Shown one piece after another: positions 27,575 to 42,107 of a stretch of 64,000 nt of DNA (position 1 is its first letter; each line of letters starts with the position of its first letter). Below the pieces are notes generated by a model. It was not told the origin of the DNA and did no database searches. It was given only the letters and a program-made list of their open reading frames with translations. Position numbers and translations under genes: made by a program. The DNA is taken from assembly GCF_009914755.1 (NCBI RefSeq), contig NC_060930.1; one strand, written 5' to 3'. The stretch is from the human T2T-CHM13v2.0 reference genome, Homo sapiens.

Positions 27575-28385
27575 CCTGCCACCCTACTAGTTCCCTCCCT
27601 TCCTTACACTCTGTCCCGTACCTGCCACCCTACCAGTTCCCTCCCTTCCTTACACTCCGTCCCATACCTGCCACCCTACCAGTTCCCTCCCTTCCTTGTC
27701 ACTCCGTCCGGTACCTGCCACTGCCACCCTACCAGTTCCCTCCCTTCCTTACACTCCATCCGTACCTACCACCCTACCAGTTCCCTCCCTTCCTTACACT
27801 CCGTCCGTACCTACCACCCTACCAGTTTCCTCCCTTCCTTGTCACTCTGTCCAGTACCTGCCACTGCCACCCTACCAGTTCCCTCCCTTCCTTGTCACTC
27901 CGTCCAGTACCTGCCACTGCCACCCTACCAGTTCCCTCCCTTCCTTGTCACTCTGTCCCGTACCTGCCACCCTACCAGATCCCTCTCTTCCTTGTCACTC
28001 CGTCCCGTACCTGCCACCCTACCAGATCCCTCTCTTCCTTGTCACTCCGTCCAGTACCTGCCACCTACCAGTTCCCTCCCTTCCTTGTCACTCCATCCAG
28101 TACCTGCCACTGCCACCCTACCAGTTCCCTCCCTTCCTTGTCACTCTGTCCCGTACCTGCCACCCTACCAGATCCCTCTCTTCCTTGTCACTCCGTCCAG
28201 TACCTGCCACCTACCAGTTCCCTCCCTTCCTTGTCACTCCGTCCAGTACCTGCCACCTACCAGTTCCCTCCCTTCCTTGTCACTCCGTCCCGTACCTGCC
28301 ACCTACCAGTTCCCTCCCTTCCTTGTCACTCCATCCCGTACCTGCCACCTACCAGTTCCCTCCCTTCCTTGTCATTCCGTCCCAT
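27575..28385. repeat. Pyrimidine-rich VNTR, ~45-53-bp variant units, ~17 copies
   Basis: Unit cctgcca(ctgcca)ccctaccagttccctcccttccttgtcactccgtcc(a/c)gta with variant types. Confidence 0.95.
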
Positions 28386-29008
28386 CTGTCCTTCCCACTG
28401 GCCAGGGTCCTCCTGAAAAGCAAACCCAGTCCTGTCTCTTCCCTGTTTGAATCCCTGATCACTCATCCTCAAACCCAAACTCCAATAACCCTGAAATGCA
28501 GCTTCCCCGACCCCGCCGCGTGCCTTCACACATCCACCCCATCTGCCTTGAACTGCATGTCCCCTCCCTGCCCTTGCCCCATTCATGTCTCCCAGGCCTT
28601 CGGTGATTCCAACCTCCAACCTCCTGAGAGGCTCGTGGGCCATCTCCTTACTGCCTCCCAGTCCAGCCTCCCCTTCTGTGTGGGGTGGAGCCCCCTCCTA
28701 ATCCTAAGGCTCTGCTTCACGGAAATGCAGCGTTCTCCTCCTGTGCACTCTGTGTCAACCTGTTCACCTGTCCTCCTCCAGTAGCCTCTGAGCTTTTTGA
28801 GGGTACAGAGAGAGTATCTTTTATCTGAGAATCTCCCATTCCTGGCATATAATAGCCACTCAAAAAGTATTTTTTTAATCAGTAAGTGAATGATGAATGT
28901 ATGAGTTGTTTTTGTTACACTTTTCATTTATTCAAGATGATAGAACCACAACATCCGAAGTCAATACTTGAAATAATGGCCAAAACATAATTATGAAGAA
29001 ACACTGGT

Positions 29009-29865
29009 CACTACGCACCTATTAGAATGGCTAAAATCCAAAACACCAACAGCACCAATGCTGGTGAGGGTGTGGACCATAGGAACTCTCAATTCACTGC
29101 TGGTGGGAATGCAAAATGGTACTGCCACTTCAGAAGACAGTTTGTCAGTTTCCTACAAGAGGAAACATATTCTTACCATATGATCCAGCAGTCGTGCTCC
29201 TTGGTATTTAGCCAAATGAATTGAAAACTTCTGTCTGCACAAAAACCTGCACACGGATGTTTATAGCAGCTTTGTTCATAATTGGCAAAACTTAGGAGCA
29301 ACCAAGATGTCCTTTTGCAGGTGAATGGATAAATAAACTGCGATACAGCTAGATGATGAGATGATTCAGTGCTAAAAGGAAATGAGCTTTCAAGCCATGA
29401 AAAGACATGGAGGAAACTTAAATGTATGTTACTAAGTGAAAGGAGCCCATCTGAAAAGGTTACCTACTGTATGAGTCCAACTGTATAACACTCCGGAAAA
29501 GGCAAAATTATGGCGACAATAAAAAGATCAGTGGTTGCCAGGGGTTGTAGAGACAGAGGGGTGAACAGGCAGGCACAGAGGAATTCTAGGGCAGTGAAAC
29601 TACTCTGCATGACACTGCGGTGGTGTACACAGGTCACACATTTGTATAACACCGAGAGTGAACCCTGATAGAAACTGTGGACTTTGGGTGATAATGATGT
29701 GTCTATGTAGGACCATCGGTGTAACAAATATGCCACTTGGTGCAGGACGTAGATGGTGGGGGAGGCCGTGTGTGAGTCCCAGCAGGGGATGTATGGGAAC
29801 TCTCTGTGATTTCCACTCCATTTTGTTGTGAACCTCAAACTGCTCTAAAAAATATTTTAATTTAA
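29009..29865 (+). mobile_element. L1MC-like 3' fragment (ORF2 end plus 3' UTR)
   Basis: cacctattagaatggctaaaatccaaaac...ggtgggaatgcaaaatggtac...gaaaaggcaaaa...gtgaacctcaaactgctctaaaaaa. Confidence 0.85.
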
Positions 29866-31892
29866 AAACAAGAAACACTGGCCGCATCTTCAAGGAAGTA
29901 ATGATACGACATGAATGATTAAAGCAAATATATGTACACCAAGGATGAATCATGAAACCAGCTAAGGACATTCCCATGTGCCTCACCCATGAGAAGTCAC
30001 AACAAGTGTGACCGTCCCATGGGATGGGCTGGCACCGATCCTGGCCTCGGGCAGCACTGGCAGGCTCTCTTTCCCCCAGATCAGCCCCCCTTGTTAGTGC
30101 CTGTTCCTGTCTGCAGACAGGGCTGTTGGGATGTGAAGTTACAGTCCATCGCAAGTGAGAGCTGGCAGTCAGGAAAATCAGTTCAGGATATCCTGGCTGG
30201 GGCTATTTTAGACTCAGTATCAGTGGCTTAGTTTCCTTTGCCGAGTAAAAGCCCTATTTAGGGCTGCACACACCCCACTGCTTCGGAAGGACTTCAGGGG
30301 ATCTTAAGAGAAAATGTGTTTGAAAGATACAGGAAACGTTCTACTGCTTAACTGGGAAGAAATATACCCGAGGCTTGATGGCTTGATGCCCTTCGTGTGT
30401 GATCTGCCTCAAGATTGGGCAAGGAAAGAAAGGCCTTCCTGCCCTGTGCGTCTCCTTAGAACAGCTTTTCTAGAACCTTTGCAGTCACCAAAATACAATC
30501 TGTCTTATAAACGACTGGCTTTTCCTTGAGTCCCAGGTAGAGCATTCTTCTTACCCTATGGTGCTGTGTTCTTCCCATCATGTCCTATGGTAGTTTCTGC
30601 TCTCGGGAGCCCTGTGTCCACATTCACGACCAGCCAGCAAGTGTTGAGGGACATTTATTCTGTGGTCTTCAACTGCCAACTTTAAAAGATGATACAGTGG
30701 TTGTAGAGGGTAACTGAAAAGTTGCAGTGAAGAAACTGGACCTTTGAAAGGTTTTCCCATGATTCCAATACATTCCACCGGGCTAATCCCACCCCAAGGG
30801 TGTACAGAAGACAACTATAGACATGGAAAAATGGGGAAGGAGCCAACAATGCAGTACAGAGCCCCACATTCCCCGGAATTCACAATTCCTCTCTCCAGTG
30901 AATCGGCACAGAAAGGAAGTAAATACATTTGCCAGGACTTCAGTTAGCACTTGCTTGGGTGCAAGTGACAGAAACCCAACTTGAAGTAACTTAAGCAAAA
31001 TAAGAGGGTTCACTGCTTCACAAGGATAATCTATAATCAGACCCAGCTTGGTCCAGGGCCCCATCTATGTCAGAAGGACTCGCTCTTTCCATCTCTCTCT
31101 TTCCACCTTTCAGCACTGCGCTCCTCCTGGTTGACTTCCCATTCAGATGGTCTCAGCCTTCAGAATGACAAAATAGGCACCGACAGTTCCAAGTTTTTGT
31201 CCTCCCAGGCAAGCAACCCCAGTGAAAGAGAACAGGAGGGTTCCTCCCTCCGTGTACCAAGTCCTGCAACCCAATCTCACGAGACCTGCTTGGGTCACCT
31301 GCCCAGCCTGGAACCAATTCCTGGAGCTCTGAGGATACCAGGAGATCTGCTGCTCCAGAACTAAGCACCCCCAACCTGCTGCAGAGTGAGGAGTCAGCCC
31401 CCTCAAACCTCACGGAGCGAGAGCGGGACAGGCTGGCTGCCAGTGGAAAGTCAGGGTGGACTGGCCGTGGGCGACAGAGTAACAGTCCACTGCACTTCCC
31501 TTGTGCACAGCGGCCTTGGTATGATGCTAGCGAGTAGAGAAGTCAGGCAATACCACCACTTGGCCACCTAACAAGGGCCGGCAAAGGCTGAGGTGAAGAA
31601 CAGGGGCTTTCAGAGCAGTTGCCAAACCTCGGGCCTGGCACGGCCGTCCTGTGCACCTCCCTGGCCCCCACGCTGTCAGCCACAGGGCTCCTTCTGCCTC
31701 TGCAAAGCTCTGCAGCCTATGCCCCCTTCCCATGCCCACCCCCACCTCGGTCAGCCCACAAGCACCAGCATGAGCTTCGTCGGCTGCAGTGACAGAGCCA
31801 CACCACCTCAGCCACTCAACACAACACAAGCACGCCTCCTTCAGCTCTCCTTGAATCTTAGCTGGCCTGTGACTTGCTTTGACCAGCATGGC

Positions 31893-32767
<875 letters not shown>

Positions 32768-34086
32768 GCAGTACAGCAGAAGAGATGCTGGGCCAGCTCC
32801 GACCTTGAGCTTAAGGGGCTCGGCAACTCCGCTTTAGTTCTCTTGGAGCCCTGAGCCACCTCCTGAGAGGCTGATGGAACAAGGCCCCAGCAGGTCCCCA
32901 GCCAATCCAGCCACCCAGGCTGAGGCACCAGACACATGAGTGAGGCCACCTGAGGCGTTCCAGTTCCAAACTGAGGTCCCAGATGAATGCTGTCAACACC
33001 TGTGGAGCAATGGCTCTAGCTAACACCCCACAGAGCAGAAGAACCTCCCCCGCGAGCCCAGACAGCTTACAGAAATTTGAGATATAATAAATCATAGTTA
33101 TTTTATGCTAGTAACTTTTGAGATGACTTGTTACATAGCAATAGAAACTGAGACAACACATAAATCCTACTTCTCCAGCCTCGTGCCCTTCCTGGCACTC
33201 CATACCCTTGGCTCCATCCACACACCCTTGAACACCTCCTCCTGATGTGCCTGACAAACTCCTACTTATCCCTCAAGACCCAGCTGAAACCTTCACATCC
33301 TTTGACGTCCTCCCTAGTCACTCCCTCTCACTCCCCGAAATCCCTTCTTCCACCTGTTCCTTGGAACATTCCTTTATTAGAGCCTCCATTCGCAGAGAGT
33401 TTGCTTTTTCTTTGCTTTTGTCATGGCCGCCTCCACTAACTAGCCTGTGGCTCTGTGAGAGCAGAGATGGTCTCCTATTAATCTGTGGACCTCCAGTTCC
33501 TGATGAAGTGCCTGGTACATGATAGATACTCAACGTACATTTGAAAGAACGGATGAATAAACATATGAAAGAAAATGAAGGAATACAAAGTACATTGTTT
33601 TTTCTTTACAAGCCCTCATCTGAGTCTAGATGGAGGCAGGGAGGCAAGTCTTAAAACTTGCCTCCATCCCCACTTATGGCTTCTGTTGAGCACTCTCAAA
33701 TGTGTGCTTGTCTACAAGCCTGGGAACATGAAGGAACGGGTCTTAGCACAGCTCCTGAGCACCTTTCACCTGGACTGTGAACAGCACACTCTCCCAGGAG
33801 TTGCTGCTCCTTGCAGAACTGTTGCTGCCATCTGGAATCTGCAAGCAGAGGCTGCGTGGACCCTGCATAGCCTGGCCAAGGACTGGCATGTCTGAACTGA
33901 ACTTTGGAGCTCCTGGAGGTTTGTTTTAAGGGTCCTCAGGATTTTTGAAAAATCAGGTATGGTAAGACATGCAGATATAAAAATGACTGTCATGGATGAA
34001 GAAGTGTTTACTCACAATTCCCTGGAAGCAGGTGTCGATAAAAAGAGTCAAACTCTGTAAATATTTAAGGAGAGTTATTCTGAGCC

Positions 34087-34393
<307 letters not shown>

Positions 34394-34657
34394 TTATTCT
34401 GAGCCAAATATGAGTGACTAAGGCCCAAGGCACAGTCTCAAGAGGTCCTGAGAACATGTGCCCAAGGTGGTTGGGTTACAGCTTGGTTTTATGCATTTTA
34501 GGGGGACAGAAGTTAAACCCAGCCATCAATCAATACGTGTAAGGTGTAGAGTGGTAGTTTGGTCCAGGAAGGTGGGACAACTTGAGGCAGTCACAGTGCG
34601 GGGTGAGGAGGACTTCCAGGTGGATTCCAAGATTTTCTGATTGACAGTTGGTTGAAA

Positions 34658-35398
34658 TGTAACTTCCCAATAGGTTCGTCTTGCCTGCTGCCTAGACAGA
34701 GCCAATTTATTAAGACAGGGGAATTGCAATAGAGAAAGAGTAATTCATGCAGAGCCAGCTGTGCAGGAGACTAGAGTTTTATTATTACTCAAATCAGTCT
34801 CTGAGCATTTGGGGATCAGAGTTTTTAAAGATAATTTGGCAGGCAAAGGCTTGGGAAGTGGGGAGTGCTGATTGGTCAGGTGGGAGATGGAATCATAGGG
34901 AGTTGAAGTGAGTTTTTCTTGCCATTTTCTGTTCCTGGGTGGGATGGCAGAACTGGTTGAGCCACATTACTGGTCTGGGTGGTGTCAGCTCATCCATCGA
35001 GTGCAGGGTCTGCAAAATATCTCACGCACTGATCTTAGGTTTTACAATAGTGATATCCCCAGGAGCGATTTGGGGAGATTCAGACTCTTGGAGCCAGAAG
35101 CTGCATGACCCCTAAACTATAATTTCTATCTTGTACCTAATTTGTTAGTCCTGCAAAGGCAGACTGGTCCCCAGACAAGAAGGGGGTCTTTTCAGGAAAG
35201 GGCTGTTATCAATTTTGTTTCAGAGTCAAACCATGAACTGAATTCCTTCCCAAAGTTAGTCTATGTCTTCCCAAAGTTGGTCTATGTCCAGCAATAAACA
35301 AAAACAGCTTAAAGGTTAGAAGCAAGATGGAGTCGGTTAGGTCTGATTTCTTTCACTGTCATAATTTCCTCAGTTATAATTTTGCAAAGGCGGTTTCA
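34658..35398 (-). mobile_element. LTR8 solo LTR
   Basis: TG...CA ends (tgtaac...ttttgcaaaggcggtttca); 4-bp TSD GAAA. Confidence 0.85.
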
Positions 35399-36663
35399 GA
35401 AAGAGTTAAGTTATTATCTAAAGAATTGGAATCAATAGAAGGGAGTCTCTGGGTTAAAAGAGGGGTTGTAGAGACCAAGGTTCTTATTATGTAGTTGAAG
35501 CTTCCAGGTAGCAGGCTTCAGAGAGAATAGATGGTAAATGTCTCTTATCAAACCTAAAAAGCTACCAGATTCTTAACCTCTCCTGGATCAGGAAGAGACC
35601 TAGAAAGGGAAGGGGATTCTCTAGAGAGTATAGATTTTCCCTGCAAGAGGTAGCTTTGCAGGGCCATTTCAAAATATATCAAAGAGGTCGGGTACAGTGG
35701 CTCACACCTGTAATCCCAGCACTTTAGGAGGCTGAGGCAGGATTGCTTGAGCCCGGGAGTTTGAAACCAGCCTGGGCAAAATAGTGAGACCCTGTCTCTA
35801 TAAAAATCCATTTAGTCGGTTGTGGGGCTTTTTATTTTTGGTTTACACAGGAGACAGGGCACACTGGGCAGGGCCACACAGGGATGCACTAGGTTGGTCG
35901 AAATGCATGGGAGTGGGTGGGTGAGGTGTGAACAAGAACCTTCACTGCGCCTTCTGTAGGAAGGCGTGGGCCAGGCAGCGGCAGCGGGCTGAGGGATGGA
36001 CAGTGAATAATTTCAGCATGCTGTGGGCATAGGGGCTGTCCCTAGCTGTCTGGCATCTGGCCCTGAGATAAGGGCAGGTGGATGGTGGCCTGGAGTGTGA
36101 GGGCCAATGGAAGAGGTGGTTGGGGTGCGGGTGCTGGATGAGTTCCTTTGAATAAGAAAGGCACACCCTGGGTGAGTTGTTTACTGTCTCCAGGAATTGG
36201 CCCCAGGGTCAGTGAGACCCTGGATGCTGAAGCATCAGAGAAACAGGGTAGAAACGGCTCCTCTCCTCCCCGTGACACGGAGCCCTGCAGGCATCCAGGA
36301 CAGAGCCTTTCCTGGGGCTATTGAATGTGACAAATCTGGTTAATCAAGAGACATCCCAGGAGGACTCCATTATGCCCTGCACATAAAAGGCAACACCTAT
36401 CACTAAAGACACCTCTGACTCTGCGCTGCCACCCGGCAGTGCGAGGACCACATACTGACCAGGTGTGGAGCCGATGCCCAGACCCGTGATGGCAGGTGAG
36501 GAATGCCTTCACGGCCTTCACAGCTGCTCTACATGCCTTAGTTTTAGGCAAATCAGCACGGAGTAGCAGAAGAATAGTGCATGCTTCAGCCATAGATAAT
36601 TAAAAAGCAAGCAGGTCTTGAACACTATAGTGTATTATTGCTATAAAATTTCTAGGAGAAAAA

Positions 36664-37116
36664 TTTCACGCGCGTCCATGTGAAGAGACCACCAAACAGG
36701 CTTTGTGTGAGCAACATGGCTGTTTATTTCACCTGGGTGCAGGCGGGCTGAGTCCGAAAAGAGAGTCAACGAAGGGAGATAGGGGTGCAGCCGTTTTATA
36801 AGAGTTGGGTAGGTAAAGGAAAATTACAGTCAAAGGGGGTTTGTTCTCTGGCGGGCAGGAGTGGGGGTCTCAAGGTGCTCACTGGGGGAGCTTTTTGAGC
36901 CAGGATGAGCCAGGAAAAGGACTTTCACAAGGTAATGTCATCACTTAAGGCAAGGACCGGCCATTTTCACTTCTTTTGTGGTGGAATGTCATCAGTTAAG
37001 GTGGGGCAGGGCATTTTCACTTCTTTTGTGGTTCTTCAGTTACTTCAGGCCATCTGGGTGTATACGTGCAAGTCACAGGGGATGTGATGGCTTGGCTTGG
37101 GCTCAGAGGCCTGACA
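36664..37116 (-). mobile_element. HERV-H 3' LTR (LTR7, 453 bp)
   Basis: Minus strand reads tgtcaggcctctgagcccaag...aaataaacagc...gacgcgcgtgaaa, preceded by the purine tract aagaaggcaggaa. Confidence 0.95.
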
Positions 37117-38969
37117 TTCCTGCCTTCTTATATTAATAAGAAAAATAAAAATAGTGTTGAAGTGTGGGGGCAACGAAAATTTTTGGGGGGTGGCATGGAG
37201 AGATAATGGGCAACGTTTCTCAGGGCTGCTTCGAGCGGGATTAGGGGCAGCGTGGGAACCTAGAGTGGGAGAGATTAAGCTGAAGGAAGATTTTGTGGTA
37301 AGGGGTGATATTGTGGGGTTGTTAGAAGAAACATTTGTCGTGTAGAATGATTGGTGATGGCCTGGATATGGTTTTCTATGAATTGAAAAACTAAATGGAA
37401 TAAGAGAAGGAGAAAAACAGGTATTAAAGGACTAAGAATTGGGAGGACCTAGGACATCTGATTAGAGAGTGCCTAAGAAGATTCAGCATAGTCCTGCCAG
37501 CAAAGATTATTGATTTACTTCAAGAGTTAAGAGTGGCAGTTTGGGGATAGCACCAGGAGATATCAGCTGTGATGGCTTGGAGAAACAGTGTAAACCGGCC
37601 GTGTAAACAAGAGCAGGGCATGTATGAGTAGTTCAGAATGGTGAATAGGAGTATGACTAGACGGAAGATAGTAGGGATGACAAGTTTTTTTGGGGCACAG
37701 TCTAAGTTGGTCTGGTGTCTGGAATGAGACTGGGGCCTAATAAAAAGGAGCATCTATACAGGAGCTCAAATGCGCTGTACCCTGTAGCATTCTGAGGACA
37801 GGTCTGACTTCTGAGAAGGGAAAGTGGTAAAAGTATTGTCCAGTCCTTTTTAAGTTGGTGGCTGAGCTTGGTGAGGTGTGTTTTTAAAAGACTATTAGTC
37901 TGTTCTACTTTTCCTGAAGACTGAGGACTGTAAGGGATATAAAGGTTTCACTGAATACTAAGAGCCTGAAAAACTGCTTGGCTGATTTGACTAATAAAGG
38001 CTGGTCTGTTATCAGACTGTGTAGAGGTGGGAAGGCTAAACTGAGGAATTATGTCTGACAGAAGGGAAGAAATGACTGCGGTGGCCATCCCAGACCCTGT
38101 AGGAAAGGCCTTTACCTATCCAGTGAAAGCGTCTACCTAGACTAAGAGATATTTTAGTTATCTGACTTGGGGCATGTTGAGTAAAGCCAATTTGCCAGTC
38201 CTGGGTGGGGGCAAATCCTCGAGCTTGATGTGTAGGGAAGGGAGGGGGCCTGAATAATCCCTGAGGAGTAGTAGAATAGCAGATGGAACACTGAGAAGTT
38301 ATTTCCTTGAGGATAGATTTCTACGATGGAAAGGAAATGAGAGGTTCTAAGAGGCGGGCTAGTGGCTTGTACTCTAGCATAGCCTGCCTTTGCTGGTGTG
38401 TGGCGATTAGGCCTGGTGGAACTGCCATCAATAAATCAAGCGTGATCAGGGTGAGGAACAGGAAAGAAGGAAATATGGGGAAACGGGGTGAATGTCAGGT
38501 GGATCAGAGAGATACAGTCATGGAGGTCAGGTGTGGTATCAGGAATAATGTGGGAGGCCAGATTGAAGTCTGGGCCAGGAACAATGGTAATTGTGGGACT
38601 TAACAAAGAGTGAGTACAGCTGAAGGAGCCGGGGAGCAGAAAGTATGTGCGTCAGGTATGAGGAAGAAAATAGATTTTGGAAGTTATGAGAAATGTAGAG
38701 AGTGGGTTGAGCATAGTTTGTGATTTTGAGGGCCTCTAAAAGTATTAGGGCGGCAGCAGCCGCTGCACGGAGACATGATGGCTAGGCTAAAACAGTAAGG
38801 TCAAGTTGTTTGGACAGAAAGGCTACAGGGTGCGGTCCTGGCTCTTGTGTAAGAATTCTGACCGCACTAACTATGCCTAGGAAGGAAAGGAGTTGTTATT
38901 TTGTAAGGGATTGAGGTTTGGGAGATTAATTGGACACGATCAGCAGGGAGAGCACATGTGTTTTTATGA

Positions 38970-39800
38970 GAATTATGCCGAGATAGGTAACAGATGAGGA
39001 TGAAATTTGGGCTTGACTGAAGTAATGGGGTCTGTCTTTGAAGCCTTGCGGCAGTACAGCCCAGGTAATTTGCTGAGCCTAATGCATGTCAGGGTCAGTC
39101 TAAGTGAAAGCAAAGAGAGGCTGGGATGAAGGGCGCAAAGGAATAGTAAAGAAAGCATGTTTGAGATCTAGAACAGAATAATGGGTTGTAGAGGGAGGTA
39201 TTGAGGATAGGAGAGTATATGGGTTTGACACCATGGGATGGATAGGCAAAACAATTTGGTTGATAAGGCGCAGATTCTGAACTAACCTGTAAGCCTTGTC
39301 TGGTTTTAGGACAGGTAAAATGGAGGAATGGTAAGAAGAGTTCATAGGCTTTAAAAGGCCATGCTGTAGCAGGCGAGTGATAACAGGCTTTAATCTTTTC
39401 AAAGCATGCTGTGGGATGGGATATTAGCATTGAGTGGGGTGAGAGTGATTAGGTTTTAATGGGATGGTAAGGGGTGCATGATCGGTCGCTAAGGAGGGAG
39501 TAGAGGTGTCTTATACTTGTGGGTTAAGGTGGGGAGATACAAGGGGAGGATATGAAGGAGGCTTTGAACTGGGGGAAAAGGCGGCAGTGAGGTGTGGCTG
39601 TAGCCTAGGAACAGTCAGGGAAGCAGATAATTTAGTTAAAGTGTCTCGGCCTAATAAGGTAACTGGGCAGGTGGGGATAACTAAAAAGGAGTGCTTAAAA
39701 GAGTATTGTCTAAATTGGCACCAGAGTTGGGGAGTTTTAAGAGGTTTAGAAGCCTGGCTGTCAATATGCACAACAGTTATGGAGGCAAGGGAAACAGGCC
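38970..39800 (-). pseudogene. HERV-H pro and partial RT pseudogene
   Basis: Protease LLGRD motif (ORF 39511-39771). RT motifs YRLVQNLRLIN, VLDLKHAFF and LPQGF. Stops present and the YxDD segment is deleted. Confidence 0.9.
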
Positions 39801-40027
39801 CTTGAAAAGAAGGTAACGTGGAGTGAGTAGCCTCCGTATTAAGAAGGGGACGGACTTACCCTCCACTGTGAGAGTTACCTAGAGCGTCTGTGATGGTCCT
39901 GCAGGCTTCCGAGGCGATCGGGCAGTGTCAGTCTTCAGCTGCTAAGCCGAGAAGATCTGGGAAGGAGTCATTCAGAGAGCCTTGGGCCAGAGTTCCAGGG
40001 GCTCTAGAAGTGGCTGCCAGGTGAGTT

Positions 40028-40140
40028 GAACAGTCCAATTTTCAGTGGGGTCCTGCACAGATGGGACACGGCTTAGGAGGAATCCTGGGCTGTGTGCATT
40101 CCTTGGCCTAGTGGCCAGATTTCCAGCACTTGTAGCAACC
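40028..40140 (-). pseudogene. HERV-H gag nucleocapsid, two zinc knuckles, stop-disrupted
   Basis: Translates GCYKCWKSGH*AKECTQPRIPPKPCPICAGPH*KLDC. Confidence 0.88.
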
Positions 40141-41369
40141 TCCTGGGGGAGGAGGTTCTGGAGGAACCCCTGGCAGCTGCGGTTCAGGTGTTTGGAGTTC
40201 TTGTGTGCTGGAGATGTGGCTGGGGTTTGTCTCACAGTGGAAGCAAAGAATTGCAACTTAGAAATATGTTGCTGCTTGGCTGCCTCTACTCTATTATTGT
40301 ACACCTTGAAGATGAGGTTAATTAAGTCCTGTTGTGGGGTTTGAGGGCCGGAATTTAATTTTTGGAGTTTTATTTAATGTCAGGAGCAGATGGGGTAATA
40401 AAATGTATATTGAGAATAAGATGGCCTTTTGACCTTTTAGGGTCTAGGGCTATAAAGTGTCTCAGGTTTGCTGCCAAACGAGCCATGAACTGGGCTGGAT
40501 TTTTTATATTTGATGAAAAAGAGTCTAAACGCTAACTGATTTGGGAGAGGTCAGATAAAGAAAAAGGAGAATTAACTTTGACTATGCCTTTAGCTCCAGC
40601 CACCTTTTTAAGAGGAAATTGCTGGGCAGGTCGGGGAGGGCTAGTCACGGAATGAAACTGTAAACTGGACCAGGTGTGAGGAGGGGAGGTGATAAAAGGA
40701 TTATAGGGTGGAGGAGCAGAGGCTGAGGAAGAATTGGGACCTAGCTCGGCCTGGCAAGGAGGGGAGAGGTCAGATGGGTCTGTAGAAAAGGAAGATTAGA
40801 AAGACTCAGCGACGCTTGTGGTTGGGACTGAGGGGACAGGCGGGAGGGAAAGAAGGAAGATTTGGGACTAGTTGCATTGCGAACAGAGACTAGGGAGGGA
40901 CTGATGTGTAAAACAGTGCCTGGATGTCAGGCCCCTCAGACCATTTTCTTATTTTTCAACAAAAATTATTTAGGTCTTGCAGGATGGAGAAATCGAAAGT
41001 GCCATTTTCTGGCCATTTAGAACCACTGTCGAGTTTGTATTGGGGTCAGGTGGCATTGTAGAAGAAAATAAGGCATTTAGGTTTTAGGTCAGGTGAGAGT
41101 TGAAGAGGTTTTATGTTCTTAAAGAACACAGGCTAAGGGAGAAGAAGGAGGAATGGAGGGTGGAAGGTTGCCTATAGTGAAAGAGGCAAGTTTAAAGAAA
41201 AGGAAGAGTAGAGACACAGAGGGAAGCGGTTCGGGGGTTCTTACCCTCCAGAAAAGCAGGAAAGGGGTCAGGGCGCAGAGATACGAGGTCGGGGGCGTGG
41301 AAATAAGGGATCAGGGCACAGAGATATAAGAGGCTGGGGCATGGAAATAAGGGATCGGGGCACAGAGAC

Positions 41370-41672
41370 ACGAGGTTGGGGTACTTGCCCTTCCCCTAGA
41401 AAAGTGGGACTTGCTGCTAAGGGTGAAGGAGAAGGGGTTGGGGGTTTCTTGCCTCCCAGAAAGGCGGAGAAGGGGTAGAGACACGGAGAGAAGGGGTTGG
41501 GGTACTTGCCCTTCCCCTAGAAAAATGGGACTTGCCACTAAGAGTGAAGGAGAAGGGGTTGAGGGTTTCTTGCCCCCTAGAAAGGCAGAGAAGGGGTAGA
41601 GACACGGAGAGAAGGGGTTGGGGTACTTGCCCCTCCCCCAGAAAAGTGGGACTTGCCACTAAGGGTGAAGGA
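41370..41672. repeat. ~120-bp tandem repeats in the HERV-H leader
   Basis: ggggtacttgccc...gggacttgc...taag.gtgaagga recurs at ~41379, 41499 and 41620. Confidence 0.85.
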
Positions 41673-41956
41673 CCAAGGCAGGTGTCCTTGCGTGGTCTGA
41701 CACCTCTGAAACATGGGTGAATAATTAGAGAGGCGTCCCTGCAATGATTAAACACCAAGGGAAGCCTGCCTTCCCAGTCCGTGACTGGCACCAGAGTTTT
41801 GGATCCACAGATAAAACGTGTCTCCTTTGTCTCTACCAGAAAATGAAAGGAATTGAAATTAAAAGAAGGGAGAGATTGAAGTGTGGCACCAAGATTGAAA
41901 GGAGAAAGAGGTGGAGGGATAGTGAGGGAGGTTGGAGAAGAGAGTAAAAAGAGGCT

Positions 41957-41965
41957 GCTTACCGG
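41957..41965 (-). other. HERV-H major splice donor
   Basis: Minus strand CCG|GTAAGC about 145 nt downstream of the 5' LTR, the usual HERV-H donor position. Confidence 0.75.
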
Positions 41966-42088
41966 ATTTGAAATTGGTGAGATGTTTCTTGGGCTGGTTG
42001 GTCTGAGGACCTGAGGTCGTAGGTGGATCTTTCTCATGGAGCAAAGAGCAGGAGGACAGGGGATTGATCTCCTAAGGGAGGTCCCCTG

Positions 42089-42105
42089 ATCCGAGTCACG
42101 CACCA
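42089..42105 (-). other. tRNA-His primer binding site (1-nt deletion)
   Basis: Minus strand TGGTGC-GTGACTCGGAT versus canonical TGGTGCCGTGACTCGGAT. Confidence 0.9.
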
Positions 42106-42107
42106 AA

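Noticed and set aside
27544-28784. Three long ORFs (290-362 aa)
   Set aside because: They are stop-free readings of the VNTR in all three frames, with repetitive peptides and no gene structure.
41417-42106. 229-aa ORF in the HERV-H leader
   Set aside because: Non-ATG start inside the PBS, and it runs through leader repeats; no evidence of translation.
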